A DNA stretch of 64,000 nt from Eledone cirrhosa (Eukaryota). Within the stretch, counting starts at the first letter, position 1, and each line of letters opens with the position of its first letter. Location: positions 28,148,001-28,212,000 of the forward strand of contig OZ024742.1 in NCBI GenBank assembly GCA_964016885.1. The letters are read 5' to 3'. Below, piece after piece: positions 1-11,030 of this stretch. A program made the position numbers and the translations under genes. The notes under the pieces are model-generated. The model did no database searches, was not told the origin of the DNA, and worked only from the letters and a program-made list of their open reading frames with translations.

Positions 1-78
1 TATATATATATATGTATATATATATATTTATATATACATATATATTTATATATACATATATATATATATATATACATG

Positions 79-198
79 GACACACTGGAAGAGGAAGACA
101 CTGGTCTGTTGGAGACGCAGGACATGGCAGCGATAATGAGGGACAGAGACCACTGGAGAGAACTCGTCCATGGATCTCAGGAATTTTACCCGCCCTAG
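79..198 (+). mobile_element. 3'-terminal fragment of an RTE-clade LINE ORF inserted in (TA)n
   Basis: The frame from 79 reads DTLEEEDTGLLETQDMAAIMRDRDHWRELVHGSQEFYPP*, matching the RTE C-terminal pattern (DTGL...M.DR..WR..V). Flanked by TA repeats. Confidence 0.7.
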
Positions 199-392
199 AT
201 AGATATATATATATGTATAGATACATACATATATATATATACAATATATATATATGAAAAATACAAAGTAAAAAAAAATATTTAAAATAAATTCAATTGT
301 AGCCATTTTTAAATAAAAAATGTTTTATATTTTTCTGCTGTGGTTTTTATGGAATAACATTATCTCCAATTAAAATTAACACAGTTCAAGAC

Positions 393-1157
393 ATGCTACT
401 ACTACTACCACCACCGCCACCAACATTACTACTACTACTACCACCACTACCACTGCTACTATTACTACTACCAGCCAGCCACCAGCATGACTACTGCTAC
501 TACCACAACTGCTGCTACTATTACTACTACCGCCACCACTGCTACCACAGCAGCAGGCCACCAGCACCGCTGCTGCCACCAACACTACTACTACTGCTAC
601 TACCACCACTACCACTACTGCTGCTACTATTACACTACTACTACTACTACCACCACCACTGCTACCACAGCAGCCGGCCACCAGCACCGCTGCCGCCACC
701 AACACTACTACTACTACTACTACTACCACTACTGCTGCTACTATTACTACTACTACTACCACCACCACTGCTACCACAGCAGCCGGCCACCAGCACCGCT
801 GCCGCCACCAACACTACTACTACTACTACTACTACTACTACCACTACCACTACTACTACTACCACCACCACTGCTACCACAGCAGCCGGCCACCAACAAC
901 AGCAGCAACAGCAGTACTAATACCAACAGCAGCAACAGCAGCACTAATACCAACAGCAGCAACAGCAGCACTAATACCAACAACAGCAACAGCAGCAACA
1001 GCAGTACTAATACCAACAGCAGCAACAGCAGCAACAGCAGCAACAGCAGCAACAGCAGCACAGCAGTACTAATACCAACAGCAGCAACAGCAGCACTAAT
1101 ACCAACAGCAGCAGTAATTACAATAACAGCAACATAAGCAGTAATACGAACGACAGC

Positions 1158-1215
<58 letters not shown>
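393..1215. repeat. Compound trinucleotide low-complexity tract (ACT/ACC/AGC/AAC) with a ~100-120-bp cryptic unit, ending in (TAG)n
   Basis: CCACCACTGCTACCACAGCAGC(A/C)GGCCACC recurs at about 533, 653, 763 and 865. (AGCAAC)-type repeats at 895-1140 and pure (TAG)n at about 1156-1215. Confidence 0.9.
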
Positions 1216-1449
1216 ACACTATAAGTAACGGTAGTAGTATCAATAAAATGTTTGTCTCTATGAATTGAAATACAGAAACTATGCCAAAGCATGAGTCTAA
1301 AACTACAGCCATTCCTCACAATTGAGTATGACTTGGTAACATCCATTTGCTCATAGTTTTAGGGGCTCCATGTAGATCTGAGCAAAGGGCTACTCTCTCA
1401 AACTCCTTATTTATAATCTGATAGCCCAGCCCCTCCATCATTTGTGATA

Positions 1450-1655
1450 AGGGCTTTAGCCTGCAAATGAAACAAATGTGCAAGTGGTTGAATATTCCTC
1501 AGACACGTGTACCCTTAATGTAATTCTCAGGGAGATTGTATGACACAGTGTGTCGTGACTAATTTGGTCCTTTGAATTATATGTACAATTTTTGCCAGCA
1601 GATTTGACTGGAGCAATGTGAAATAAAATATCTTGCTCAAGGACACAATGCAATG
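1450..1655 (-). mobile_element. Degenerate tRNA-derived SINE fragment (CORE-like central box)
   Basis: GACTGGAGCAATGTGAAATAAAATATCTTGCTCAAGGACAC is the reverse complement of the central box of the full SINE at 49655. The upstream part is shared with 38730-38880. Confidence 0.7.
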
Positions 1656-1682
1656 TCAAGAAGCAAACTCAGGAATGTGACT

Positions 1683-1870
1683 CCCTTCAGCATTTAAACC
1701 TGCCATATCTGGTCAGAATTCTTTCATTTCTTTCTGTTCAAACTAGCCATAACCAGCTGCTCATACTTGTGTTAACCCTTTAGCATTTAAACCAGCCATA
1801 TCTGGTCAGAATTCTCTCACTTTTTCTGTTCAAACTAGCTGCAAAGCTGCTCATACTGATGTTAAGCTAT
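1683..1870. mobile_element. Two tandem termini of a TTAA (piggyBac-like) MITE
   Basis: (TTAA)CCCTTTAGCATTTAAACC.GCCATATCTGGTCAGAATTCT occurs twice about 90 bp apart. It is the reverse complement of the MITE ends at 33825-33856 and 39495-39538. Confidence 0.7.
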
Positions 1871-2004
1871 TGTTTTTAAAATAAATAATACCAAAATCTC
1901 ATGGATTCAATATAATGTGAAAACATTATGTGAGGTAAAGCACACATGCACACACACATACACAATGACACACACTCACAAACACTGACACACAGACAAA
2001 CTGG

Positions 2005-2297
2005 TGGAGGAGCCAGTTTAGTCACTGACCACTCAACGATGAAGCAGAATGTACTGAGTCACATTGTAGCAGTAGCAAGCAGAAGCCTGACCTGACCAAA
2101 CCAGGGTCTGTTGGCGGAGCCAATTTAGGCATTGATGACTTGACCATGAAACAGATTGTACTGAGTTACATGGTACCAGTAGCAGGCAGAAGACTGACCT
2201 GACCAAACCAGGGGAGCCGTTTAGTCACTGACCACTTGACCATGAAGCATGTTCCACTGAGTCACATGGTAGGAGTAGCAGGCAGAAGCCTGACCTT
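2005..2297. repeat. Three diverged tandem copies of a ~100-bp unit
   Basis: GGAGCC..TTTAGTCACTGACCACT...ACTGAGTCACAT.GTA..AGTAGCAGGCAGAAGCCTGACCT starts at about 2009, 2116 and 2212. Confidence 0.85.
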
Positions 2298-2659
2298 CCA
2301 TATTAAAGTAAACAGTCCCTATTAATATATTTATTTAGTTTGATGCAGCAAGCAGTTAATGAATCTTTCATCCAAAGCATGTTTACAATATTTCAATAGA
2401 CAAAACTGTAAAATAAGCATTACAAGTAAAATATATATAATTAATTTTCCTAGTTAATTACAAAACAACATAATTTCTATCTATCTATGTGTCTGTCTGT
2501 CTATCGGTCTGTCTGTCCGTCCATCTCTGTCTGTCTCTCTATCTATTTGATTACATTTGATGTATAACTTCTACATCACATTCTGTCTCTCTGGAGTTCA
2601 GAATGTCTCATGTGCATGTTACTTCATGGTCCCAGAGGACAGAATTACAAATGTGTTAC

Positions 2660-2761
2660 CTGAGAGGATAGTGAGGAAGATGTAGTGAAAGTGCCAGTCC
2701 AATTTGATGAATAAGTAGTGTTATACATCCTATGCTGGTTCTCTGACAATGATTGATGGAT
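2660..2761 (-). CDS. Candidate internal exon (102 nt, phase 0/0) of an unidentified host gene
   Basis: Minus strand: polypyrimidine acceptor TGCTTGCTTCTTCTCTAG|, open frame IHQSLSENQHRMYNTTYSSNWTGTFTTSSSLSSQ, donor CAG|GTAAC. No recognisable domain. Confidence 0.4.
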
Positions 2762-2869
2762 CTAGAGAAGAAGCAAGCATTGTTTTCCAAGTGTTTCACT
2801 TTTATACATGTTTTTGTCCTTCTTATCATTTTGATAATTTTCTTTGATCGAAAAGCACACAGTTTTGGC

Positions 2870-2926
<57 letters not shown>

Positions 2927-2953
2927 CACACAGAAATACATACATGTATATGT

Positions 2954-3000
<47 letters not shown>

Positions 3001-3199
3001 GATAGATATATATATAGATATATATATAGATATATATGCATGCATATACAAGCATATATATATATACACACACACACACATATATATATATATGCATACA
3101 TATATATATACTTATACACATGCATATATACATATATATATGCATGTTTATATAGAGAGCTGGTTAGAGAGAGAGAGAAAGGCATAAAGATAAAGTTTT

Positions 3200-3960
3200 A
3201 ACAAGTAGGAAGGAGGAAACAAAGCAGATACCATCAGAAAGTGGCTTTACTCAAAGTGTGGAAAGGGAATGGGTGGAAAATGGGTAACATGTACCCAGTG
3301 TAATCTATCTTCACACAAGAGATGTAGTTGGACTGTTGATAGGTTATAGAAGAAGATCGACTTTATATACAGCAGAAACACAGGAGAAGTAAGCACTCAC
3401 AGTACACATGAAGCAGATTGCTTTAATTGCCCAGAAAGCTCCTTAGTTGTTGATAGCATTTGTTGCTTAACAGACTTAATCAGCTTTGGGGGAAGGTGCT
3501 CTGAAAGTGTAATAACCAAGGTAAGAACAGATTGAAAGCAATGTAGGGAGTTGGTGCTTCTACTGACAGCAAAGGGCTTTTCTCTCAGAGTAAAATGTAG
3601 ATTGTATGATGTCTAAATGAAAACTGCCATGTCAGTGGCAGTGAGGCATGGACTTTAACTATAGAACTGAGAAGGCTAAAAAAATATGAAGTGAGTATGC
3701 TCTGATGCATGTGTAGTGCTAGTATGCAGAATGATTTAGTATAGGGGAGCTGTGAAAAAAGAGGAATTGGATGTTGTGTGCAAGAGAGAAGACTGTGATA
3801 GTATGAATATGTAATGGATATGGAAGATGGCAGCTGTATAAAGAAATGCAGGCAGACTTGGGATTAAGTAGTGAAGACCAACCGTAAGAATCTGAACCTT
3901 TTGTAACAAGACAACAAAGGACTGCACTGACTGGTGACTTGTTGGCCGGACCCATTCCAC
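3200..3960 (+). mobile_element. Decayed RTE-clade LINE, region C-terminal to the RT
   Basis: Interrupted frames give KCGKGMG..VTCTQCNLSSHKRCS (Cys/His cluster), VVDSICCLTDLISFGGRCSESV, LLLTAKGFSLRVKCRLYD and RGIGCCVQERRL..Y.YVMDMEDGSCIKKC, in the order expected for RTE ORFs. Several stops and frameshifts. Confidence 0.75.
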
Positions 3961-4124
3961 CACGATCACTCCTTAGCAACTATCTTCACTATTAAAGCAC
4001 TCCATACAACATGCACCTCAGTAGTAACTAGTTTCTACTGATAAAAACAACATCCAGCCATAGAAAGCCTGCTAATCAAAGCGTCAGGAGGACTCTTCAG
4101 CTGTGTCAAAGGAATGACATCTTA

Positions 4125-4530
4125 CCTAGTGGTAGTGCCATGATAAAATGTACATGAAAGAGCATGAGATCTTATACTGGGCCCTCAACTACCTGCAGTT
4201 CAGATGTTCTGCCTCAGAACTGATCAGTCAATGATAATATTTCCAACCCTTGCTAGCAGGGAAAATGGATGTTAAATGATGATGATGATGATGATATTAG
4301 AGACACACCCCAACACTCACACATAAAATGGTAGTGTAGGTGCCACAACAAAAAGCACTCAGCCCACATTGTAAAGTGGTAGGCATTAGGAAGGGCATCC
4401 AGCCATAGTAATCTAGCTAGAAACAGTCCTATATGAGCAAGATACAGTCACCTGACCCAACTTGTCTTTAATTGGACAAACCCATCTAACCCATGCTAGC
4501 ATGGAAAATAGACGTTAAATGATGATGATA
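4125..4530 (+). mobile_element. Two SINE 3' tails (RTE-related tail ending in (ATG)n)
   Basis: TTAGGAAGGGCATCCAGCC...CCCATGCTAGCATGGAAAA...GACGTTAAATGATGATGA matches the tail of the SINE at 49655-49988. Confidence 0.7.
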
Positions 4531-5019
4531 TATATATATCATCGTCATCATTCTTTTAATGTCTGCTTTCCCTGCTAGCACATATATAATTTATTTATTT
4601 GTGTATACACATCTACATACACATAGACACAAATAATAACACATACATGATACCCACACAACACGTGTGTTTGTGCCTTTTTGGTTATATACATATAGAA
4701 ATTAAATTAATTTATAATTGGTTTCACAGACAAAGACCAGGCTACTGAATGTGTTGTGTAAAATGAATATTATACTAGAGAGATATACTAGATTTCTGTC
4801 ACTTTAAAATTCACGCTGAATAGAGTATTCTAGAGATGGATGTGATTTGAGTGAAGGTTTTCTTTGGAATGGCACTTTCATTTTGTTATTTCTTAGCTGT
4901 GAAAGCATGTTGTCAATATTCAGTTAGGCATGTACATAATAACATGTCATTACAAAAGGATCTTGTGTAGCAGGATTATATCTATATATACACATATATA
5001 CAAATGCATATGAGTAATG

Positions 5020-5051
5020 GGAGACAGATAGATAGAGTGATAGATAGATAA

Positions 5052-5119
<68 letters not shown>

Positions 5120-5450
5120 ATTGACTGAGATAAAAATAGATATATAGATAGGTAGATAGATAGAAAGATAATGGATAGACAGACAGATAGAGAGAGAGAG
5201 AGAGAGATAGATAGATAAATAGATAGAAGGGAAAATTGATTGAGATAAAAATAGATAGATGTATAGGTAGGTAGATATATAGATAGCTAGGTAGATATAT
5301 AGATAGATAGATAAATTGATTGAGATAAAAATAGATATATAGATATGTAGGTATATAGAAAGATAGATAGGTAGTTGTATAGATAGAAAGATAAGTAGAT
5401 ATATTGAAAGAGAGATAGGTAGATAGATAGGTAGGTATGTAGGTAGGGAG
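5020..5450. repeat. (GATA)n microsatellite with a repeated ATTGA.TGAGATAAAAATAGAT interruption
   Basis: Direct reading; the interruption occurs at about 5120, 5236 and 5315. Confidence 0.9.
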
Positions 5451-6210
5451 TTATATACCTATAAGCCGAAGATCTTTACAAATTTATAAAGCTTAAATGC
5501 TAGCATACTTGAAAGAAAAAGTGTGTGTGTGTATGTATCTTTATATAAATATATGTATATATGTGTGTGTGTATGTGGGTGTATATGCATAAATATCTAT
5601 GTTTACATGTATGTGGTTGTATGTGTGTCTATATATATATATGCTTACAAATATGCATATGTGTGTGTGTATATCTGGGTGTTTATGCATAAATATCTGT
5701 ATGTATGTTTCCATATATGTGTGTACATGCGTTTGTGTTTGTTGGTATATGTGTGTGTGTGTGCATGAGTGTGTGTCCATGTGTGGGTGTGTGATTGTGT
5801 GTACATGTGTATTTGTGTGTGTGTCAAGATTATAATTATGCAATATCTCACACATCTTCATCTATCAGGAATGATTATTGATAATTATGGTATGGTTCCT
5901 GCAAACATCTTTAACAGAAAGATGAAGCATTCCTAAGACAGAAAATTACAAAAGAACAAGAAAATATAGGAAAATCTCTTGAATAAACACTAACATGCTA
6001 AGAATATTCCGTGGGAAAAATACCAAACAAGATAAAAACAGAATATATTAAAACAAAACATATATAAAATCAATAAAGAACAGGAATAAATAAAGACATA
6101 AAGTTTTGGTAAAAATACCAAAATATAAAGTAGAAATTTTTACAAAAATTAAAGAAATTTATTGAATAAAAGTTAATAATAATGTATTTGATGATGTTAG
6201 TAGCAGCAGC

Positions 6211-6265
<55 letters not shown>

Positions 6266-6406
6266 ATAATAACAATAATAATTATAATATGTAGGTAAGA
6301 CTGATTCAATGAAAATTTTAAAATATTTAGGAATTTCACTTTTGGCAGGAAGAATTGTTTGCATGTGACAGGGATTATGCATACATAAACATATGCTAAC
6401 ACACAC

Positions 6407-6498
<92 letters not shown>

Positions 6499-6658
6499 GT
6501 GTGTGTATACATAAATACATGTATGTATGTATATATATATATGCGTGAAGGCGCATGGCTTAGTGGTTAGAGTGTTGGGCTTGTAATTGGCAGATTGAAT
6601 GAGTTGGTATTTAACCCTATGAAACTTAAATATCTGTGAAATGCTACTGTCATAACTG

Positions 6659-6724
<66 letters not shown>

Positions 6725-6894
6725 TATAATCATATATATATATAATTATATCATACATGATTATATCATATATCAGGTAGGGATTTCTGTAAAGTGGCCA
6801 ATCAGAGAATGAGGACAATGTAAGGTGAAAATGACTCTATAGTCATGTTGAAGATGTGACATTTTCCATTGTGATAATCACATGATAAATTTAC

Positions 6895-6918
6895 CTGGTA
6901 ATTCTTGTCAATCAGTTT
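6895..6918 (-). CDS. Candidate 24-nt micro-exon (phase 0/0), KLIDKNYQ
   Basis: Minus strand: TGTATCTATTCCTAACAG|AAACTGATTGACAAGAATTACCAG|GTAAAT. Same strand and phase as the 2660-2761 candidate. Confidence 0.25.
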
Positions 6919-7233
6919 CTGTTAGGAATAGATACAAACATGGAGGCCAAATGGTCCTTTAACCAATCAAGGAGGGCAGAGACTCGTCTAATCTTTGCCA
7001 CGATAGTAAACAGACATAAATTGATTGAGATAATGTATATCTTTATTTGCATGAAGTAAAGAAATGGAGAAGAGTGTAATGATTAATATTTCTTGATTCC
7101 TTCCTATTCAAACTTTGCAAATATCAGTCACATATATATCTATATGTGTGCATGTATATATTTATATATATATATGAAGTATTTCCGTAGGAAAGGTAAA
7201 GGAAAGGAGAGTGCTCTGTGTAAGCTACAGAGC

Positions 7234-7399
7234 TATTTAGTTATGTGATAAACAACATAAGACAATTATTCCATTTACCAAAGGTTTCATGAAGACAGCT
7301 GAGCTCAACAGATTTAGACGTCTCTGTTGAGCTCGTCTCTCTTCATGAAACTTTTGGTAAATGGAATAATTGTTTATATTGTTTATTACATAATTAAAT

Positions 7400-7400
<1 letters not shown>
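7234..7400. repeat. Fold-back palindrome built from mirrored hammerhead 3' halves
   Basis: Arms of about 78 bp. The right arm has GAAA(7347-7350)-CTTTTGG-TA; the left arm reverse-complemented reads GAAA-CC-TTT-GG-TA. Imperfect central stem at 7289-7346. Confidence 0.85.
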
Positions 7401-7434
<34 letters not shown>

Positions 7435-7435
7435 T

Positions 7436-7605
7436 CCGTATTTCCTGGAGTTGAAGACGCTACTTTTTTCCTAAAATAAGTCTCAAAAATTTAGCATGCG
7501 TCCTGGTGGAGGCCAAAGGTTGTTTATTATTTATTCCAAATTTTTGGTTGTCAAAGTTAGGGTGCATCCTCAAGGACAAAGCCTCTTTGGCGCCGGGAAA
7601 TACGA
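7436..7605. mobile_element. Pogo/Tc2-like MITE
   Basis: Terminal inverted repeats CCGTATTTCCTGG ... CCGGGAAATACGA in a TA context, with an internal AAGACGC.ACTTTTTT / TGCGTCC motif typical of these MITEs. Confidence 0.65.
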
Positions 7606-7679
7606 TATATATATCATGTTTAATTGAGAAATGGCATCTACAGGACCAGAAATGTCTCATTCAAAAGAAACCAGCAGGA

Positions 7680-7815
7680 AAGCAATGATTTCTTTTGAAT
7701 GAAACAGTTCTAGTACTCTAAAAGCGATTTCTATATTAAACTTAATGTTTACACTCTACCAATGTATTGAGTACTGTACTAACTGTGGTTAACCCAAATT
7801 GAGCCTGGGACTCAT
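7680..7815 (+). mobile_element. Degenerate copy of the HHR-bearing pLTR-like unit (family of 9100-9286 and 62831-63090)
   Basis: ATGATTTC..TTGAATGAAACAGTTCTAGT...AATGTATTGAGTACTGTACTAACTGTGGTTA aligns by eye to the reverse complement of 62831-62960. Confidence 0.7.
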
Positions 7816-7917
7816 ATATATATATATATATATATATATCATCATAATCATTCATTGTTTAACATTTGCTTTCCCTATTACTAAGAGTTGGTTAGCATTA
7901 TATTTATGTATATATAG

Positions 7918-8108
7918 GGCGGTGAATTGGCAGTATCGGTAGAGGGTCGGACGCCATGCTTTGACGCATAGATATACGGCCCTTGCCATTCTGAGTTCAA
8001 ATCCCGCCGAGGTTAACTTTGCCTTTCATCCTTACGGGGGTCGATAAAATAAAGTACCAGTAATACACTGGGAAATTGCTGGCCGTGTGCCAAAAGTAGA
8101 AACAATTA
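7918..8108 (+). mobile_element. tRNA-derived SINE with Meta-like domain, full length
   Basis: A-box-like TGGCAGTATCGG, B-box GAGTTCAAATCC and the GCCTTTCATCCTTACGGGGTCGATAAAATAAAGTACCAG domain. Many copies in the window. Confidence 0.85.
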
Positions 8109-8609
8109 TATTTATGTATATATGTAATTTTATTTAAACTTGAACTATATTATTATCATCGTAATTTTAGCAGACGTTAAAATGATGATGATGATGATAT
8201 AGTTCAAGGTTAAAAAAAAACCTTATTACTTTTATGTTTGTGGATAAAGGAAAAAAATGTCTTAGTGTATCGGATATTATTCCTTCATTTGGTAAGAGTA
8301 AAGTTGAGAAATATGGTTAAACACATAGTCAAGGTGGGCATGTGTGTGCATACATTCGTATAAAAATATATATATATAGGTATCATAGACATTTATTTCT
8401 GAAATCTCAACACCTTCAGAAAATAAACATCAAGCTTGTATGTATTGAGTGCTCATTCACTTAATGTTTGGATCTTTTAAGTACAATAACATTTTAAACA
8501 CATACTCTAATATATATAAACATATACGCACACACATATATACACATATACACATATATATATATTATACGTATACATACACACATAAATAGTGTATGTC
8601 TGTATATAT

Positions 8610-8642
<33 letters not shown>

Positions 8643-8799
8643 CACATACTCATATGCATATACATACATAAACACACACTCACAAATGTGGTGTGGGTAT
8701 CTGCATAGAATAAATTTGAAGAAAAGAAATACAATATTCAAAATATATATATATATATCATCATCATCATATATATATTTATATATATATATAATGGAG

Positions 8800-8994
8800 G
8801 AAATGTGGTAAGGAACCAGGTGGACAATAACGCACCAAAGTACTCAATACTTAGGGTAGTAGAGTGGGTAATAGGAACGAGTAGGACCCCGACGGCAGAG
8901 CTCAAGCCGTTTCGACGGCTAATTCTGGACGCTAATCCAGTCCAGGCTTAGCTGTCGAAACGGCTTGAGCTCTGCCGTCGGGGTCCTACTCGTT

Positions 8995-8999
<5 letters not shown>
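8800..8999. repeat. pLTR-like fragment ending in a fold-back of mirrored hammerhead 3' halves
   Basis: 8871-8916 is a perfect 46-bp inverted repeat of 8954-8999. The right arm reads GAAA-CGGC-ttgagctct-GCCG-TC-GGGGTCC. Imperfect central stem with loop 8931-8939. Confidence 0.85.
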
Positions 9000-9045
<46 letters not shown>

Positions 9046-9099
9046 ATATATATGTGTGTGTGTTTATATATATATATATATATAAACAGATAAATATAA

Positions 9100-9286
9100 A
9101 GAATTAGCTTTTAATGAATTCCCTTTTCTTTCAACCAATGACCTCCACCCATCCCACTCCCCACCCTCTCCTACCACCTGAAAAGCTATAAATACCACAA
9201 CATTTATTTTTGGAAAGCCAGATTCCTGATGATTTCTAAAGAATGAAACAGTTCTAGTCCTGTAGAATCTCATCTATATTAAAACT
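9100..9286 (+). mobile_element. Penelope-type pseudo-LTR fragment in (TA)n
   Basis: Diverged reverse-complement match to 62900-63087; contains the hammerhead at 9220-9270. Confidence 0.7.
9220..9270 (+). ncRNA. Type-I hammerhead ribozyme motif, predicted cleavage after GUA (9264)
   Basis: Stem I AGATTC/GAATCT; core CTGATGA (9226-9232); stem II T.T + TTC-taaa-GAA; GAAA (9245-9248); stem III ACAG-ttctagtc-CTGT; H17=A. Confidence 0.8.
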
Positions 9287-9957
9287 ATATATATTTATAT
9301 ATATATATACACACGCGCACACACACGCACACACTGTATGAAAATATAAAATAATATTCAATAATTTAAAAAAAACAGTAAACTGCCAAAAAATTATTGG
9401 TGATGGGTATTATAAAAATATTATAAAATATGTATGAAGAAAATAGTAGCAAAAGTGTTTTTCAGTAAATCGAAACTTGTTAATGACGTAGAGAGCAAGT
9501 GAGAAAATATAAATAACTAACAATAATAGCAATATTAAAAATATTAATAGCTATATTTATAATAAAAACATTATTAATAATATTTGTCATGATGATGATG
9601 ATGATAATAATGATGATAATAAAGATAATATATTATTATTATTATTATTGTTGTTGTTATTGTTGTTATTGTTGCCATTATTATTGTGTTTATTATTATA
9701 AATATTATATTTATCATAAAATAATAATGATAATAATGATGATGATGATAATAATGCTTTCTTTATTAACCACAAGGGTTTACACAAAGTAGACATTAAG
9801 GGATGATGATAATAATAATAATAAAGAAAACTATTATTATTATCATCATCATCGTCATCATATTATTTGTAATAATAATAATAATAATAATAATTTCATT
9901 TATTAGCCACAAGGGCCGACATGTAGGCTAATAAATAAAATCATTATTATTATGGGT

Positions 9958-10085
9958 CCCTTTACGATCTGAGTTCAAATCCCGCCGAGGTTAACTTTGC
10001 CTTTCATCCTTAAAGGGTCGATAAAATAAAGTACCAGTAATGCACTGGGTAATTGCTGGCCTTGTGCCTAAAGTAGAAACAATTA
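9958..10085 (+). mobile_element. 5'-truncated Meta-domain SINE
   Basis: Matches 7980-8108. Confidence 0.85.
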
Positions 10086-10402
10086 TTATTATTATTATTA
10101 CAAATAATATATTGATGTTAATAATAATAATAATAATAAAGAAAAATGTATTATTATTGTTATTGTTGTCATCATAAATATATTATTTATTATAAGCATG
10201 ATGATGATAATAATAATAATAATAATATGAATATGATGATGGGGAGGAGTAGGAGGCCCATAATAGTAATAATATTAATAATAATAATAATCTACATGGT
10301 GTGGTATATAAAGAATAATCTCTTTTGAAAAAAAGAGTTTCTTAGTGAAAGCCTTACAAGAAATAGATGAAAATGATAAAAAAAAGTGATGTTACATAAA
10401 AT

Positions 10403-10990
10403 ATGTATGATGTCGTGTGTGTGTATGTATATGTATGGTTGTATGTATATGTATGTGTATGTATGTGTGTATGTGTATGGTTGTGTGTCTATGTATATGT
10501 GTGTATGTGTATGTATCTCTATGTATGGTTGTATTTATGTATGATGTTATGTAAATGTGTGTATGTGTATGTATATGCATGTGTATGGTTGTATGTATGT
10601 GTATGTATATGTATGTGTATGGTTGTATGTATATGTGTGTATGTATATGGTTGTATGTATATGTGTATGTGTGTATGTGTATGGTTGTGTGTGTATGTAT
10701 GGTTGTATGTATGTGTGTATGTATCTATATGTATGGTTGTATCTATGTATGGTGTTATGCAAATGTGTGTATGTGTATGTATATGTATGTGTATGTGTAT
10801 GGTTGTATGTATATGTGTTTGGTTGTATGTGTGTGTGTTTATGTATCTCTATGTATGGTTGTATCTATGTATGTATGGTTGTGTGTATGTGAATATTTAT
10901 GCATGTATGTGTGTGTAAGTATGCTTCTATGTATGTGTGTATATATGTATGTATATCTATCACTACATGGTTGTATGTATGTATATGTGA
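10403..10990. repeat. TG/TA compound microsatellite with recurring TATGGTTG
   Basis: Direct reading. Confidence 0.85.
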
Positions 10991-11030
10991 GTGAGTTTAC
11001 TGACAATGATGCTGTTGGTGGTGAAGCAAA

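Noticed and set aside
376-1346. Mucin-like or poly-Thr/Leu/Val ORFs
   Set aside because: Trinucleotide repeats open in several frames on both strands, with no splice or domain support.
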